The notes beneath the pieces are model-generated. The model saw only the letters and a program-made list of their open reading frames with translations, had not been told where the DNA came from and ran no database searches. This document shows positions 12,021 through 22,080 of a DNA stretch of 64,000 bases, piece by piece. The translations under genes and the position numbers were made by a program. Each line of letters begins with the position of its first letter. Position 1 is the stretch's first letter. Source of the DNA: Neophaeotheca triangularis (lineage: Eukaryota); assembly GCA_054600435.1 (NCBI GenBank), contig BAAIJX010000009.1:310001-374000 (forward strand), in the 5' to 3' direction.

Positions 12021-14615
12021 ATGGAGAATCATGACAACTTGCCACCGCTGCGCCCGCCTCCAAGGCCGCGCTCGCCCTCAGGTCATCGCTCGCACTCATC
12101 CATCTCGCAGCGTAGTGATGCCTCCTCACTATCGACCGAATCTACAGAGTCCAGCCAACTGACAGGCAGCCAGCGCGTTCCATACGCACCGCAATCTGGG
12201 CAGCAATCACAGCAACCGCCAACGAGACCTTCCACGGCAGGCGGTCCCGCTCCGTCGCAAAGCACTCCGAGTTTGCAGAATTTCTCTAGACCTGTGATGC
12301 GCAGCTCTGTTGATGGTATCGTTAGGAATGCCTCACCGACCATACCGCCGCAGCCTGCTGGTCCTCACCTTGGCCATCGCGCACGGCAGCACAGCCAAGG
12401 TTTCTTCGAGCCAAGCTTACCACACGCGACGGCTTCTGGCTTAACAGCGTCTCAAATCGCCGCCCAGGCTGCTATGCATCAACGTTCACCTCCTCTCAAT
12501 GAATCCGTGGGCCATGAACGAAAGCGTTCTTACCCAGGTCTCGCGCCTATCAATACTGCTCCACCTCAGCCGACCAGCAGACGGCCAAGCGATATGCAGA
12601 GCCCTCCAATCACCTCGTCTGGTGGTGGCCAGCCAATCTACAACAACAGCACGCTTGGCAGTAACAGACTTGCCGCAGCCACCGCAGCGAACGCAGCCTT
12701 TCCGAATCGTAGAAGTCCTTTGCCATCTCCAGGATTGCCGCCACAGCCGTCCAGTATGCCCATGGGACCTCCTCCTGACAAAGAGCCTAAGAGCAAAAGC
12801 TCCAAGATGAAGCTCTTCTCCAAACCCAAGAACATCACTCTCCACAAAGACAAAGACGTGAGGCCCCCAATGCCTTCTCCAGCTAAATCAAGTACATCTG
12901 CATTGCGTGAAGCTTTTGCCAATCGTGATGCTTTCGCGAATGCCTCCAGCACCAGCCTAGTTGATCCAAACCAGTCAACTGCGACCTCTTTATACTCCGC
13001 CGTGAACGCCTCAACCTCCACACTCGTGCCCACCATCACGGAAAAGGATAAGGACAAACACCGACATCACTTCTTAAGCAGGCAAAAGCACAAGCTCAAG
13101 GACGAACACTCTCAATTGCCACTTTCATCTGCAGCATCGAATTCTCAGGCAACAAACCCAGATAAGCAACCTCTCTACTCATTTGCTCCCGACTCTCCAG
13201 GTCCAAACGCATTTTCCAAATCTGTCTCGGGTTTCGATTTGCGCCACGGTGGTAGGGCGTTGCGTGAAAAGAAGAAAGAGGAAAAGGCCGCAGCAGCGCA
13301 AGCGAGGCTGGACCTGACTCCAATTGTGAGCAATTCGTCTTTGAACCTGGTCTCCACTCACAGCGATCATCCTAACAGCTATGACAATCTTGCTGGTCCA
13401 CCCTCCGCCACTACTACCAACACATTCGGCTTTCCCTCCGAGACTGTACCCGCAGGGACAGCGCAAGCCTTTAGCAATATCGGTGCGTCCATGGGCCTGG
13501 CTGGTATCGGTCTGGATGATGCTTGGCCACTACTCAAAGCGAAACTTCTGAACTTGTTCTCTGGTGAGGAAGTCCGCACACCTATCGAGGAGCTCAATGT
13601 TCTAGTTTCTGTCCACATCCGCCGCTGCATCCAGAGAAGATCGCCCGTCTTGCTGTTAGAAGATGTCAGAGAGCTGTTGCAAACTGGCTTCTCGAGCTTG
13701 GCTCAAACTTTGAGAGGTGTGCCCGACGATCGTCTTGTCACCAAGCTGGTAGAGATTTGGTCCACAGTCTATGGCGCCATCGTTCCTTTCCTACAAGCAG
13801 TGTTCCTTCCACTCGACCTTGAGTTCAGAGGTAGCGGCACCATCATGTCCAACAGGGAAGCCCAAGAATTCTGGGGTGCAATGCCCGAGAACCTCAAATC
13901 CGACGACCGCCCCTCATCAGCAGGAGGACCGGTGAACTTCGCCGCGCTAGGCGAGGAGCTCGAAATCCGCCGCATGACTCTTATCTACTTCCGCGACGTG
14001 GTGCTGCTCCCCAAACACGAAGCTCTAATGGCAATCTTCAGCCGCCTCTCCCTCGATAGCATCAACGCCTCAGCTTCCCCAAACACCACCACCACCCAAC
14101 CCAGCGGCCGCGACCCCGCCCGCTCCGACCCCGCAACGACCAGCGCCGAACGCCCGGGCACAGCAGGCTCCATCTCTCCCCACCTCAGTAGTTTCAACTC
14201 ACAAGGTTCGACCCTCATGGACGTCGCGAGCAACTCCTCGGGCGGCGGCGGCGGCCTCTCCCTTGCCTCACGCAGTCGCGCCACCTCCAACACCTCCGCC
14301 GGCTCCTTCGGCACTTCCCTCCCGCATCTCGCCTCCCCGCCCCAACAACCCAGCGCTTTCACGCCCCTCTCCCCGCCCCTTCCCGTCATCGATCCCGCGA
14401 AAATCACAGAAACTGTCGCAAGTATGCTGCAATGCCTCTACGTCCTCGCTTCCACTCAGACGGGCGATAGTGGTCAGGGGGTTGTGGAAAGACTTACCAA
14501 GGCTCTCAAGCATAATTGGCTTGGGAGGGGGAGGACGGGGAGGGATCGTAGGGGTTTTGTAGGCATGAAATCTAGGGTGCCTGGTCAGCAGAGGCTTGGG
14601 CTCGTGGGGGCTTAG
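12021..14615 (+). CDS. BIT61: Bit61/HbrB-domain protein (TORC2-associated, PRR5-like)
   Basis: Long S/P-rich N-terminus, then an HbrB domain (DDAWPLLKAKLLNLFSGEEVRTPIEELNVLVSVHI...PFLQAVFLPLDLEF) and conserved C-terminus LKHNWLGRGRTGRDRRGFVG. First ATG is at 12021. Confidence 0.85.
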   Translation: MENHDNLPPLRPPPRPRSPSGHRSHSSISQRSDASSLSTESTESSQLTGSQRVPYAPQSGQQSQQPPTRPSTAGGPAPSQSTPSLQNFSRPVMRSSVDGIVRNASPTIPPQPAGPHLGHRARQHSQGFFEPSLPHATASGLTASQIAAQAAMHQRSPPLNESVGHERKRSYPGLAPINTAPPQPTSRRPSDMQSPPITSSGGGQPIYNNSTLGSNRLAAATAANAAFPNRRSPLPSPGLPPQPSSMPMGPPPDKEPKSKSSKMKLFSKPKNITLHKDKDVRPPMPSPAKSSTSALREAFANRDAFANASSTSLVDPNQSTATSLYSAVNASTSTLVPTITEKDKDKHRHHFLSRQKHKLKDEHSQLPLSSAASNSQATNPDKQPLYSFAPDSPGPNAFSKSVSGFDLRHGGRALREKKKEEKAAAAQARLDLTPIVSNSSLNLVSTHSDHPNSYDNLAGPPSATTTNTFGFPSETVPAGTAQAFSNIGASMGLAGIGLDDAWPLLKAKLLNLFSGEEVRTPIEELNVLVSVHIRRCIQRRSPVLLLEDVRELLQTGFSSLAQTLRGVPDDRLVTKLVEIWSTVYGAIVPFLQAVFLPLDLEFRGSGTIMSNREAQEFWGAMPENLKSDDRPSSAGGPVNFAALGEELEIRRMTLIYFRDVVLLPKHEALMAIFSRLSLDSINASASPNTTTTQPSGRDPARSDPATTSAERPGTAGSISPHLSSFNSQGSTLMDVASNSSGGGGGLSLASRSRATSNTSAGSFGTSLPHLASPPQQPSAFTPLSPPLPVIDPAKITETVASMLQCLYVLASTQTGDSGQGVVERLTKALKHNWLGRGRTGRDRRGFVGMKSRVPGQQRLGLVGA

Positions 14616-15622
14616 GAGGCTTCCAGGGAGACTCGGACTTTTGATGATGGTGATGGGGCTAAGGGTGAGGGTGAGGGTGTTGAGTAAAGCCGAGTCAGGC
14701 GGCAGTGCGACTCGGGTGACTTGCTAGGGGCATGGCGATCCGCTAGGCGTTTTCTATACTGCGACGGAGGGTTGGTGTTCATGGTGATGGCGACTTGTTT
14801 GCTCGTATGCCGATAACGGCGGTTCAAGGCGTTTACGGCACTGGCACGGTGCGGACAAGTGGGCTCGGGCATACCCAATAGCAGCGACCAGCGCTGTTGA
14901 CCGCTTTCAAGGCGTTTAGCTGCTTGCGTTGTAGACAGTTTACGAATGACAATGACAACAATTTCACGCGGCTACTTTCCTTGAAAGTTAGATTCTAGGG
15001 AGACTTGAATGCGCGACATGAAAACGATGGGGGGGGGGAAACAAGCAGAGCCCAGCCATCGATTGAGTACAATCTCGACCAACATGTGGTAGAAAACGAC
15101 CTGGCGGTGAACGTCGGTACCAGCTGTTTGCAAAAGCTGTGCTGGTTTACGCAAACTCTAACCCTACAATTATAGCTCTGAAACTGAAACAACGAGCTAC
15201 ACAAGACAAGGTAAAGAACAGTGACTAGATATACTCTACGTTGAAAACACTTTCCCGGCTAGCTGAGACAAAGATCAAGAACAGAGGGGAAGGCAGTGAA
15301 AGTCGAGTAAAGTAAGACAAAATGGCCCAAAAGCTCGGATCAACCGGCTGTACGTTTCATTGTTATCCAGTATTAACAAATCACGACCGGCATGACGTTC
15401 ATGCTAGCAAACAGGAGAGCTCCAGCAACTCCAGCAGAACCCAGGTAGCAAACAAGACCTCCAACTCCAAGACTCACTTCCATTCCAATCGCGTACATCC
15501 AGACATCACGTCTCACGCCCATCTAAATATCCCGCCTCCCATCCACATACAATTTCTCCACCTCCCAGACTCCCAAACAACTCTCCGCCACCCAAATAAT
15601 CAGCCAATTCAACCCACTTCAC

Positions 15623-17317
15623 CTACCCAACAAAACACCTCCTTACCCCCCGCCTAAACCTCCGCATCTTCACCCTCCGGATATCAGCCCGACTGACCTC
15701 GTCTTCCGCCTTGAGTTGGCGAGGAATAGGCGGCAGCGCTGCCTCCAAGCGGGAGCGACGGAGGCGGGAACCCGACTTCTCGGTGGTCGATTGGTGGGGT
15801 GTCGCTTCTTGATGAGCGGAAGGAGCGGGTAGAGGTGCGAGGTAGGCTGGCGATGGAAGGGGTTTGCGCTTCACTGGCACTGCTGATGCTGCTGGAGATG
15901 TGGTGGGTGGAGCTGGCTGTCGGGTTTGGAAAGGGTGTTTAGGTAGCGAGGACGAGCGAGCGGGCCATTGGGAGAGCGCTGTTGCTGCGGCCGCTGCTGC
16001 TGTGGTCATTGGGGTTTCAGCGACTGCATGGGGCTTGCTCGAGCGCGAAGAGGGCGCGAAAACATCGTCGGTGCATGCGGGCGCGAAGTACGGGCGACGC
16101 TCGTAGGCGGCCTGTTTGGGAGCGGGGTTAGGGCTTGCGTTTGCGGTCACGGGTGGCAACATGGGAGACAAAATCGCATCCTCGATCGCGCGGATGAAAG
16201 CGCTTTGACGTTTGGCCTGAGCGATTTCGAACGGGGTGCGGGGGTCTTTGACGGGCGCTTGGGTAGGTCCGGAGGGGTCAGTGGGGCCGTAGGGCGCGAA
16301 GGGCGCGACGTAGGGAGTGTAGACGGTTGGAGGGAGGGTTTGGAGGGTTGGGGTGGCAGGAGTTGTGGGCTCGGAGGCCGCGCCAGCTGACGTTTGGCTG
16401 GCTGTTTGGGGGTTTGTTGAGAAGGTGAATTTTGTGTCGAAGTCGGCGGATGTGTAATAGGCGGAGGATGAGGTGCTCAGCATCGCGCTCAGGGACTGCG
16501 AGGTCTCTAGGGATGGCAACGAGCTGGGAATGGGGGCGAAACGGGGAGTTGAGGGTCGGGCTGGGGCCCAGAGCTTGCGTTCTTGAAGAAGACCGGCGTT
16601 CTCATCAGCGGCGCCCCCAAGGGTATCCTGAGAGTTCTGGTTGCAGCGTGGCTTGTTGGCCACAACTTTGAATTCGTGACCATTGAGCCTGAGGATCTCG
16701 ACAAACTTTTGAATCTCTTGCGATGTAGCGGCAGAGCCATCAGCGTGCGTGATCTGAGCCGAGGGCGATAAAAGTGCTTCGGGAGCGACGGTTGTCTGGC
16801 TGACCTGGCGTCGATCAGAGAATGAGCTCCGAGCAGAGCAGGAGGAGGGAGTGGGAGGAGCAGAGAAGACCTGGCTTACGACTGGGTGAGAGTGCCTTAC
16901 CTGCTTCCTGACCACTGGGGCCTCGAGCTTCTCTTCATTGACAGACTCCACATCCTTAGCGAAGTGCAGAGAGTACCTTGGGTTCTTTCCCTTTACTGTA
17001 GCCGCTGTTAAGCAGATGGAGGGCTGAGGGCTGCGACCTTGGGATGAGGCGATGCTGGCGATGCTCATTCGCTTGCCATCCGTCGAACGACGGGAGCGCG
17101 AGCAGGCGAGTGAAGACGAGCTGGACATTCTCTTGTTGAAGTCGAGGGGCGAAAACCCTCCAGTCGGCGAAGCGACAGGGGACTTTTGAGCACGTATGAG
17201 ACCTATGGCCTTGTAGCGGAGGCTTGTGGCGGTCTTGCGGATCTTGGAGATCAGACGATTGTTGCGGTTGGTCTTGCTAGAGCTCGAGGAGCGGTCGGTG
17301 TAGATCCAAGCGCCCAT
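15623..17317 (-). CDS. Hypothetical Ser/Pro/Ala-rich protein (~564 aa; the ORF stays open to ATG 17581)
   Basis: Long ORF with codon bias from MGAWIYTD (17317) onward. The upstream part of the ORF is AT-richer and looks like UTR. No recognisable domain. Confidence 0.65.
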   Translation of the reverse strand: MGAWIYTDRSSSSSKTNRNNRLISKIRKTATSLRYKAIGLIRAQKSPVASPTGGFSPLDFNKRMSSSSSLACSRSRRSTDGKRMSIASIASSQGRSPQPSICLTAATVKGKNPRYSLHFAKDVESVNEEKLEAPVVRKQVRHSHPVVSQVFSAPPTPSSCSARSSFSDRRQVSQTTVAPEALLSPSAQITHADGSAATSQEIQKFVEILRLNGHEFKVVANKPRCNQNSQDTLGGAADENAGLLQERKLWAPARPSTPRFAPIPSSLPSLETSQSLSAMLSTSSSAYYTSADFDTKFTFSTNPQTASQTSAGAASEPTTPATPTLQTLPPTVYTPYVAPFAPYGPTDPSGPTQAPVKDPRTPFEIAQAKRQSAFIRAIEDAILSPMLPPVTANASPNPAPKQAAYERRPYFAPACTDDVFAPSSRSSKPHAVAETPMTTAAAAAATALSQWPARSSSLPKHPFQTRQPAPPTTSPAASAVPVKRKPLPSPAYLAPLPAPSAHQEATPHQSTTEKSGSRLRRSRLEAALPPIPRQLKAEDEVSRADIRRVKMRRFRRGVRRCFVG

Positions 17318-18509
17318 TGCTCTTGTTAGTATAGGTATAGGTGGGTGTCTGGGTGGGTCGTATAACTGTTTTCGTATTGCACAAAAGGCGATCGTTCGAA
17401 GCGATGCAGGGAAGATGCTGGACCGGCCGGTATCTTTGAGTCTGAAGGGGTGTTGTAGTAGTTTGATCTCTTGTAGTGTTGTAGTGTCAAGTACCAAGGT
17501 GTTGTGCTTGCAAAGTGCTTCGAGGGAAAAGTGTGCGATGTACGGTTGGACAGTGATACTGCGCTGGAGAAAAAGGTCCATTTTCGAGGCTGGGCAGGAA
17601 GATAGATATAGCTACAAGGACATTGTTATTCCCCTTGTACAGATACAAAGGGAATCGCGTTGTTCCAATCATGCTGATAACAATGTCGGGTAAGCACAAT
17701 GCCGATGTTGATGTAGTCCTCAAAGAGAATGGATTCGCACAAAGAAACAAAGATCGTGGAAAACAGTTCGATACCGATGACGGAAGAGAACAAAGGCGTT
17801 GTGCTGTCGAGCAGAAAGGTTCGCAGCTTGCTTACACTTAGGGTGGAGACTGAAAAGTATATCAAAAGTGAATGTACTCAGAGCTGGTCGAAAGCTGAAC
17901 TGTACGAGTCAATAGGATCCGGCTGTCGAAAGAAGCCCTGACGCAGATCCTGGCTACCATGGTCATGGTGAATAAGGTCTGTTCGAAGAACACCGGCCGA
18001 GGCGCAAACGCTTCCGTTGTTAAAATTGGACGCCATCTCTCTTTCCAGGAAGAAAATCCAAGCATGCCTCGCGCCTGCATCTTACCCGGCCGGGTTGCAT
18101 CGCTTGGGTATCAGGTATCTCGACCGAGATTCGTAGTTTGATTGATCCTATACTGCAAAGCAACCTACTGGGAGCTGCAGCAGAGTTCAAATAACGCGTC
18201 TTGCCTTCGAGAAGGGAGGTAAGTTGTTTGCAAGGCTCGCCCGTCACGGACCCACAGTCAGGCCTTGGCTCCTCTTGAGTCGGCTGAGAGCACGCGATAG
18301 ATTTTCTCGAACGAGTCCATGCAGGTTGTCGACCGATGGTTTCCAAAGACTCGATAGCTTAGAAGTCCGTTCGAGGGCTCTGATATCGCATGCCGAGACT
18401 TATGTGCGGTCACTTTCGAGTCAAGCCTCCTCTGAGCCTCTCAACACCCTATACCATCTCCAACTTTCCCCTCGTGCAGTTGATATGATACCTCTAATGC
18501 AAGCCATCA

Positions 18510-18791
18510 TCATTCCTCCTCGCCTCCCTCCTCCCCATACATCTCCTCTGCTTTTTCATCTTTCGCGTTCGCCTTCCCACTCTCAGCAGCCTTGTCTTGC
18601 TCCATCTTTTCGGTCAGGAAGTTGTTCACATCACCCTGCATGGCTACAATGCTCGAGCGCAAACAGGAAAGATATGTGGTTTTGCCTTGCACGTCTGCTT
18701 GGTGTGGAAGACTCGGCAGTGGTGATTCGAACGTCTTGTTGCTGTTTGGGGAAGCATAGACTGCTCCGAGGGATGGTTGGTGGGAAGACAT
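18510..18791 (-). CDS. GON7: EKC/KEOPS complex subunit Gon7 (93 aa)
   Basis: Small acidic protein with L.A.Y.SP...K..YLS.LRSSI..MQGDVNNFLTEKMEQDK and a terminal E.YGEE, typical of fungal Gon7. Confidence 0.82.
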   Translation of the reverse strand: MSSHQPSLGAVYASPNSNKTFESPLPSLPHQADVQGKTTYLSCLRSSIVAMQGDVNNFLTEKMEQDKAAESGKANAKDEKAEEMYGEEGGEEE

Positions 18792-19301
18792 GGTTGCCGG
18801 TATTCTTTGGTCTGGTCTGCAAAAGATGGAATGGAGAGGTGATGTTGAAGGAGGATGCCGGATTGGGACTTTCCCGAGGCCTTGGCGACCGTGATGATAT
18901 ATACTAGTAGTAGTATATATGGAACAAGAACAGACTGTGAGACGGAGACGATCCCCTCACTCGGCTATCAAATCGAGCCATGTCTTCCCGTCCCTCCCGA
19001 GTATGGCGGCAGTAGTACTGAGCTTGATCATGGACATGTATGATGGTGACGTCTGTGTGCGAACCCTACCAGTGCTACCACCTGCACCATCTACCGTACC
19101 CTACCGTACCTACCTTGTTAGGTAGTCGTGAAGACTCACTGTCACTCGGTCTTTTCGACCACTTTCTTCTTCCACTGTCACTACATCCGCTGTCAGGTCC
19201 TTACCTTGTTGCCCACCATTGATTCCATCACTAAACACATCCATCTCCACCCGCACCTCAAACCGCCCATAGCGGCCGAGGATGCTAACAGAAGACACAC
19301 C

Positions 19302-20462
19302 ATGACTCTCGGACTAGGTAGCCACCTCCACGGCCCCCACCACAGACGCGGCCAGCAGCAACAAAACGAAATCCGAGAGGCCCGGCGAATGCTCAAGGAA
19401 CGCGTGCGCAACGACTGGGACTACCCTCCTTTGCCCGAGTACCAAGACCCTCTCAAAGGCGCAGCCAAAGCGAACGCGAACGGTCACGAGACTGTCGCCG
19501 GATTCAAATTCCAGACCCCGAATCATCATGACAGGCTCAAAGACCCGAACGCTGCCGGTTTGGACTTTGATCCGGTGGAATGGAGAGAGCGGGCTTGCTC
19601 GAGTGCTTCCGATACCGAAGAGGCGGAGGAAGAAGAAGAAATAGAAGAGGAGGAGAGCACAGTCGGGAGTGTGACGAGCAGGAGCGCCGGCAGTGGTGCC
19701 AACGGAAACCATCATGGCAAACATGGTCAGACGGAAAATGCTGCCACAAGTGTGCAGCGCAAACGAACAGCCCGTAAGCGCAAACGGCAAAAGGCCCTCG
19801 AGGAGGAAATGACCTGGAACCCCGGCCTCGCGCATTGGATGGCTCGGCGAGATGCCTGGTGCGGCGCATATATGACCGAGCAAGTGCCTCAACTCGAAAC
19901 AAAGAAGCATCACCCGGACGAAGAACGCAGCGTGGGCTCCACGGGCGCATCCATAGGCTCAACACCACGAACCTCGACCTCCTCAACATCCGTCCTTGGC
20001 TCCCCGACCAGCTCGGCACCAACATCACGCTCCTCCGGCACGCCTGAAGCCCCCCAAACAGCAACAGCAGCAATCCTCAAACCCGTCCCAGCTTCGCCTT
20101 TCGACATTCTCGTCCCCGTAGCCCCGCCGATCCTCCAAGACCATCCCGTCCGCCGCACAATCACCGCGGCGCGCTACCCAGACATATATTCCAAGATCAT
20201 CCTGCAAAGTCGCACGCCCTCCGTGCCCATAAACCTGCAAGTCATGATCAACGCGCTGATCAAAGGTTGGAAAGACGATGGGGAATGGCCACCTAAACCC
20301 GCGCCACCGGAGAAGAGCATTGGGCGGAAAAAAGGAACAAGCGAAGGCGGAGGCGGCGGGCTGAGAAGCGGCGTCAAAGCCGTGGGCCGCGTATTGCGAA
20401 TCACCAGCTCCGAAACCAATGAGAAAGAGAAAGAGAAAGAGAAAGAGAAAGAGAAAGGATGA
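19302..20462 (+). CDS. Gag1-like clamp / DUF4050 family protein (~386 aa)
   Basis: Motifs NPGLAHWMARRDAWCG and IYSKIILQSRTPSVPINLQVMINALIKGWKDDGEWP, plus N-terminal VRNDWDY. First in-frame ATG is at 19302. Confidence 0.82.
   Translation: MTLGLGSHLHGPHHRRGQQQQNEIREARRMLKERVRNDWDYPPLPEYQDPLKGAAKANANGHETVAGFKFQTPNHHDRLKDPNAAGLDFDPVEWRERACSSASDTEEAEEEEEIEEEESTVGSVTSRSAGSGANGNHHGKHGQTENAATSVQRKRTARKRKRQKALEEEMTWNPGLAHWMARRDAWCGAYMTEQVPQLETKKHHPDEERSVGSTGASIGSTPRTSTSSTSVLGSPTSSAPTSRSSGTPEAPQTATAAILKPVPASPFDILVPVAPPILQDHPVRRTITAARYPDIYSKIILQSRTPSVPINLQVMINALIKGWKDDGEWPPKPAPPEKSIGRKKGTSEGGGGGLRSGVKAVGRVLRITSSETNEKEKEKEKEKEKG
20421..20456 (+). repeat. (GAGAAA)6 coding minisatellite encoding an (EK)6 tail
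   Basis: Read directly from the sequence; in frame at the end of the DUF4050 ORF. Confidence 0.9.
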
Positions 20463-20499
20463 TTCTTGAACACGACAACTCTACAAAACAGCGCTCCTA

Positions 20500-20523
20500 A
20501 CCACCACCACCACCACCACCACC
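20500..20523. repeat. (CAC)n microsatellite in the 63-bp gap between two convergent stop codons
   Basis: Read directly from the sequence. Confidence 0.85.
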
Positions 20524-20525
20524 CA

Positions 20526-21464
20526 TCACCTCCTCGTCCTCAACCCCCAAGTTCCAGGCCTACGCCAACAAACCCCCGGCCTCAAAAACAACCCAACCGG
20601 CACGGGCCAGCCCTCCCTCATCTCCAACCTCTCCGGCACTCTGTCATCCTGCAGCCCCTCTTCCACAAATTTACACCCCCCGGGCACACCGCTGTTGCCA
20701 CTGCCCCTACCGTACCCAAAACCCTCCGTAAGCCCCGTCGGCGGTCTCGCCGGGAAAACACGCAGGAGCGGCTCATCACCCAGTCTGTGCAGCTCTCCGC
20801 TTTCAAGCCCATCCGACTCGTCGCCACCATCGTCGTGGCGACAATGACGCGGACGCAGCGTTTCCACGGCCGTCGTTCCCGTCCAGAACGTCCCTGTTGT
20901 CGCGGTCGTGACGAGAGTTGTAGAGGAGCTCGAAAATTGTCTCGCGGCCCGCAATGCATGGGTTTCGTAGTTTTGCGACTGTATCTGCTGGTGGGAGGGG
21001 GAAAGATGGCTCTCGGAGCGACTGCGAGGATCGAGAGAACGCACGGGTCCCGTGGGCCGGGGGTAAAGGACCGCGGGGGAGGGATGGGGAATTGACAGGT
21101 CTTCTGGGTCTAGACATGGGAGGGGCGGGTCAGAGGGGGTTGCTAGGTTGAGCCAAGGACGAGTTCGCGGCGACGGCGAACGACTGCGTCTGCCGTACTC
21201 GCTGTCGTCTTCGTCGTTCCCGCCACTGTCACTGTCGTCGTCGTCTCCGCTGCTCGCGCTTTCAGCGCTTCCAGCCCCCTCTACTGCTCTGCGGGGTTGC
21301 GACAAAGCATTCGCCAGCCCAAGGGAGTCTTGTCTAGGCGCTTCGAACGGCTTGCGGGCCTGGGTTTCTACTTCTTCCACCCCCGAGGTGCTAGTACCCG
21401 TCGACAGCGCGACGGGAGGCTGTCCCACTGTCTCCGTGGGCTCGAAAGCGGGAATGTCGTGCAT
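20526..21464 (-). CDS. Hypothetical low-complexity protein (~312 aa)
   Basis: ORF with ATG in a GCCATG context (MHDIPAF), an acidic tract and RSRSPSP. No recognisable domain. Confidence 0.5.
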   Translation of the reverse strand: MHDIPAFEPTETVGQPPVALSTGTSTSGVEEVETQARKPFEAPRQDSLGLANALSQPRRAVEGAGSAESASSGDDDDSDSGGNDEDDSEYGRRSRSPSPRTRPWLNLATPSDPPLPCLDPEDLSIPHPSPAVLYPRPTGPVRSLDPRSRSESHLSPSHQQIQSQNYETHALRAARQFSSSSTTLVTTATTGTFWTGTTAVETLRPRHCRHDDGGDESDGLESGELHRLGDEPLLRVFPARPPTGLTEGFGYGRGSGNSGVPGGCKFVEEGLQDDRVPERLEMREGWPVPVGLFLRPGVCWRRPGTWGLRTRR

Positions 21465-22080
21465 GGCAGGTGGTTGGAAAGAAGGATACAACTTCTTGCT
21501 AGGTTGGGTTAATTGACCGGGTCGGCAATTCACACGCTTCGAGTGTATTGTACTTACTGCACACGGACATGGACACGCACATGCGCACACGCACACATGC
21601 CAGAAGGAGTAGTTTTTCGATTGTGGCGGAAGAATAGAGGCTACGTTTACCTTGTGCCTGACTCGACCACTCATGGCTTTTCTAAACTTGGCTTACCTAC
21701 TCGCACCGGAGTTGGGGTGGCTGTACTGGGTTGGATTACCTCCTGGCCGGAGCTTAGAGGTGGATGGGGAGAAACATTGCGGAGGTCATGGGAAGTTGAT
21801 CGGAGGCAACATTGCGGAGACTTTCGGGGAAGGTTGATTAAAGGTTGTGGGTTTCAGGCTTTCAGCTTTTTGGGGTTGTTGTTGTCTTCCTTTTGGGTTT
21901 TGGAGCTAGAGATGCAAAGGTTGGTAGTGAGGAAATGAAGGGAGAAGGTGGAAGTTGAGGTTGTCCCAATTCTGCATCGGGTGAGTCTGGTAGGGGAGTG
22001 TATGTACAGTCCAGATCTCAGCCCCTCCAATCGTCACCGTCATTCAACACGCAGCTAGGCCGCATTATTGCTAGAACCAG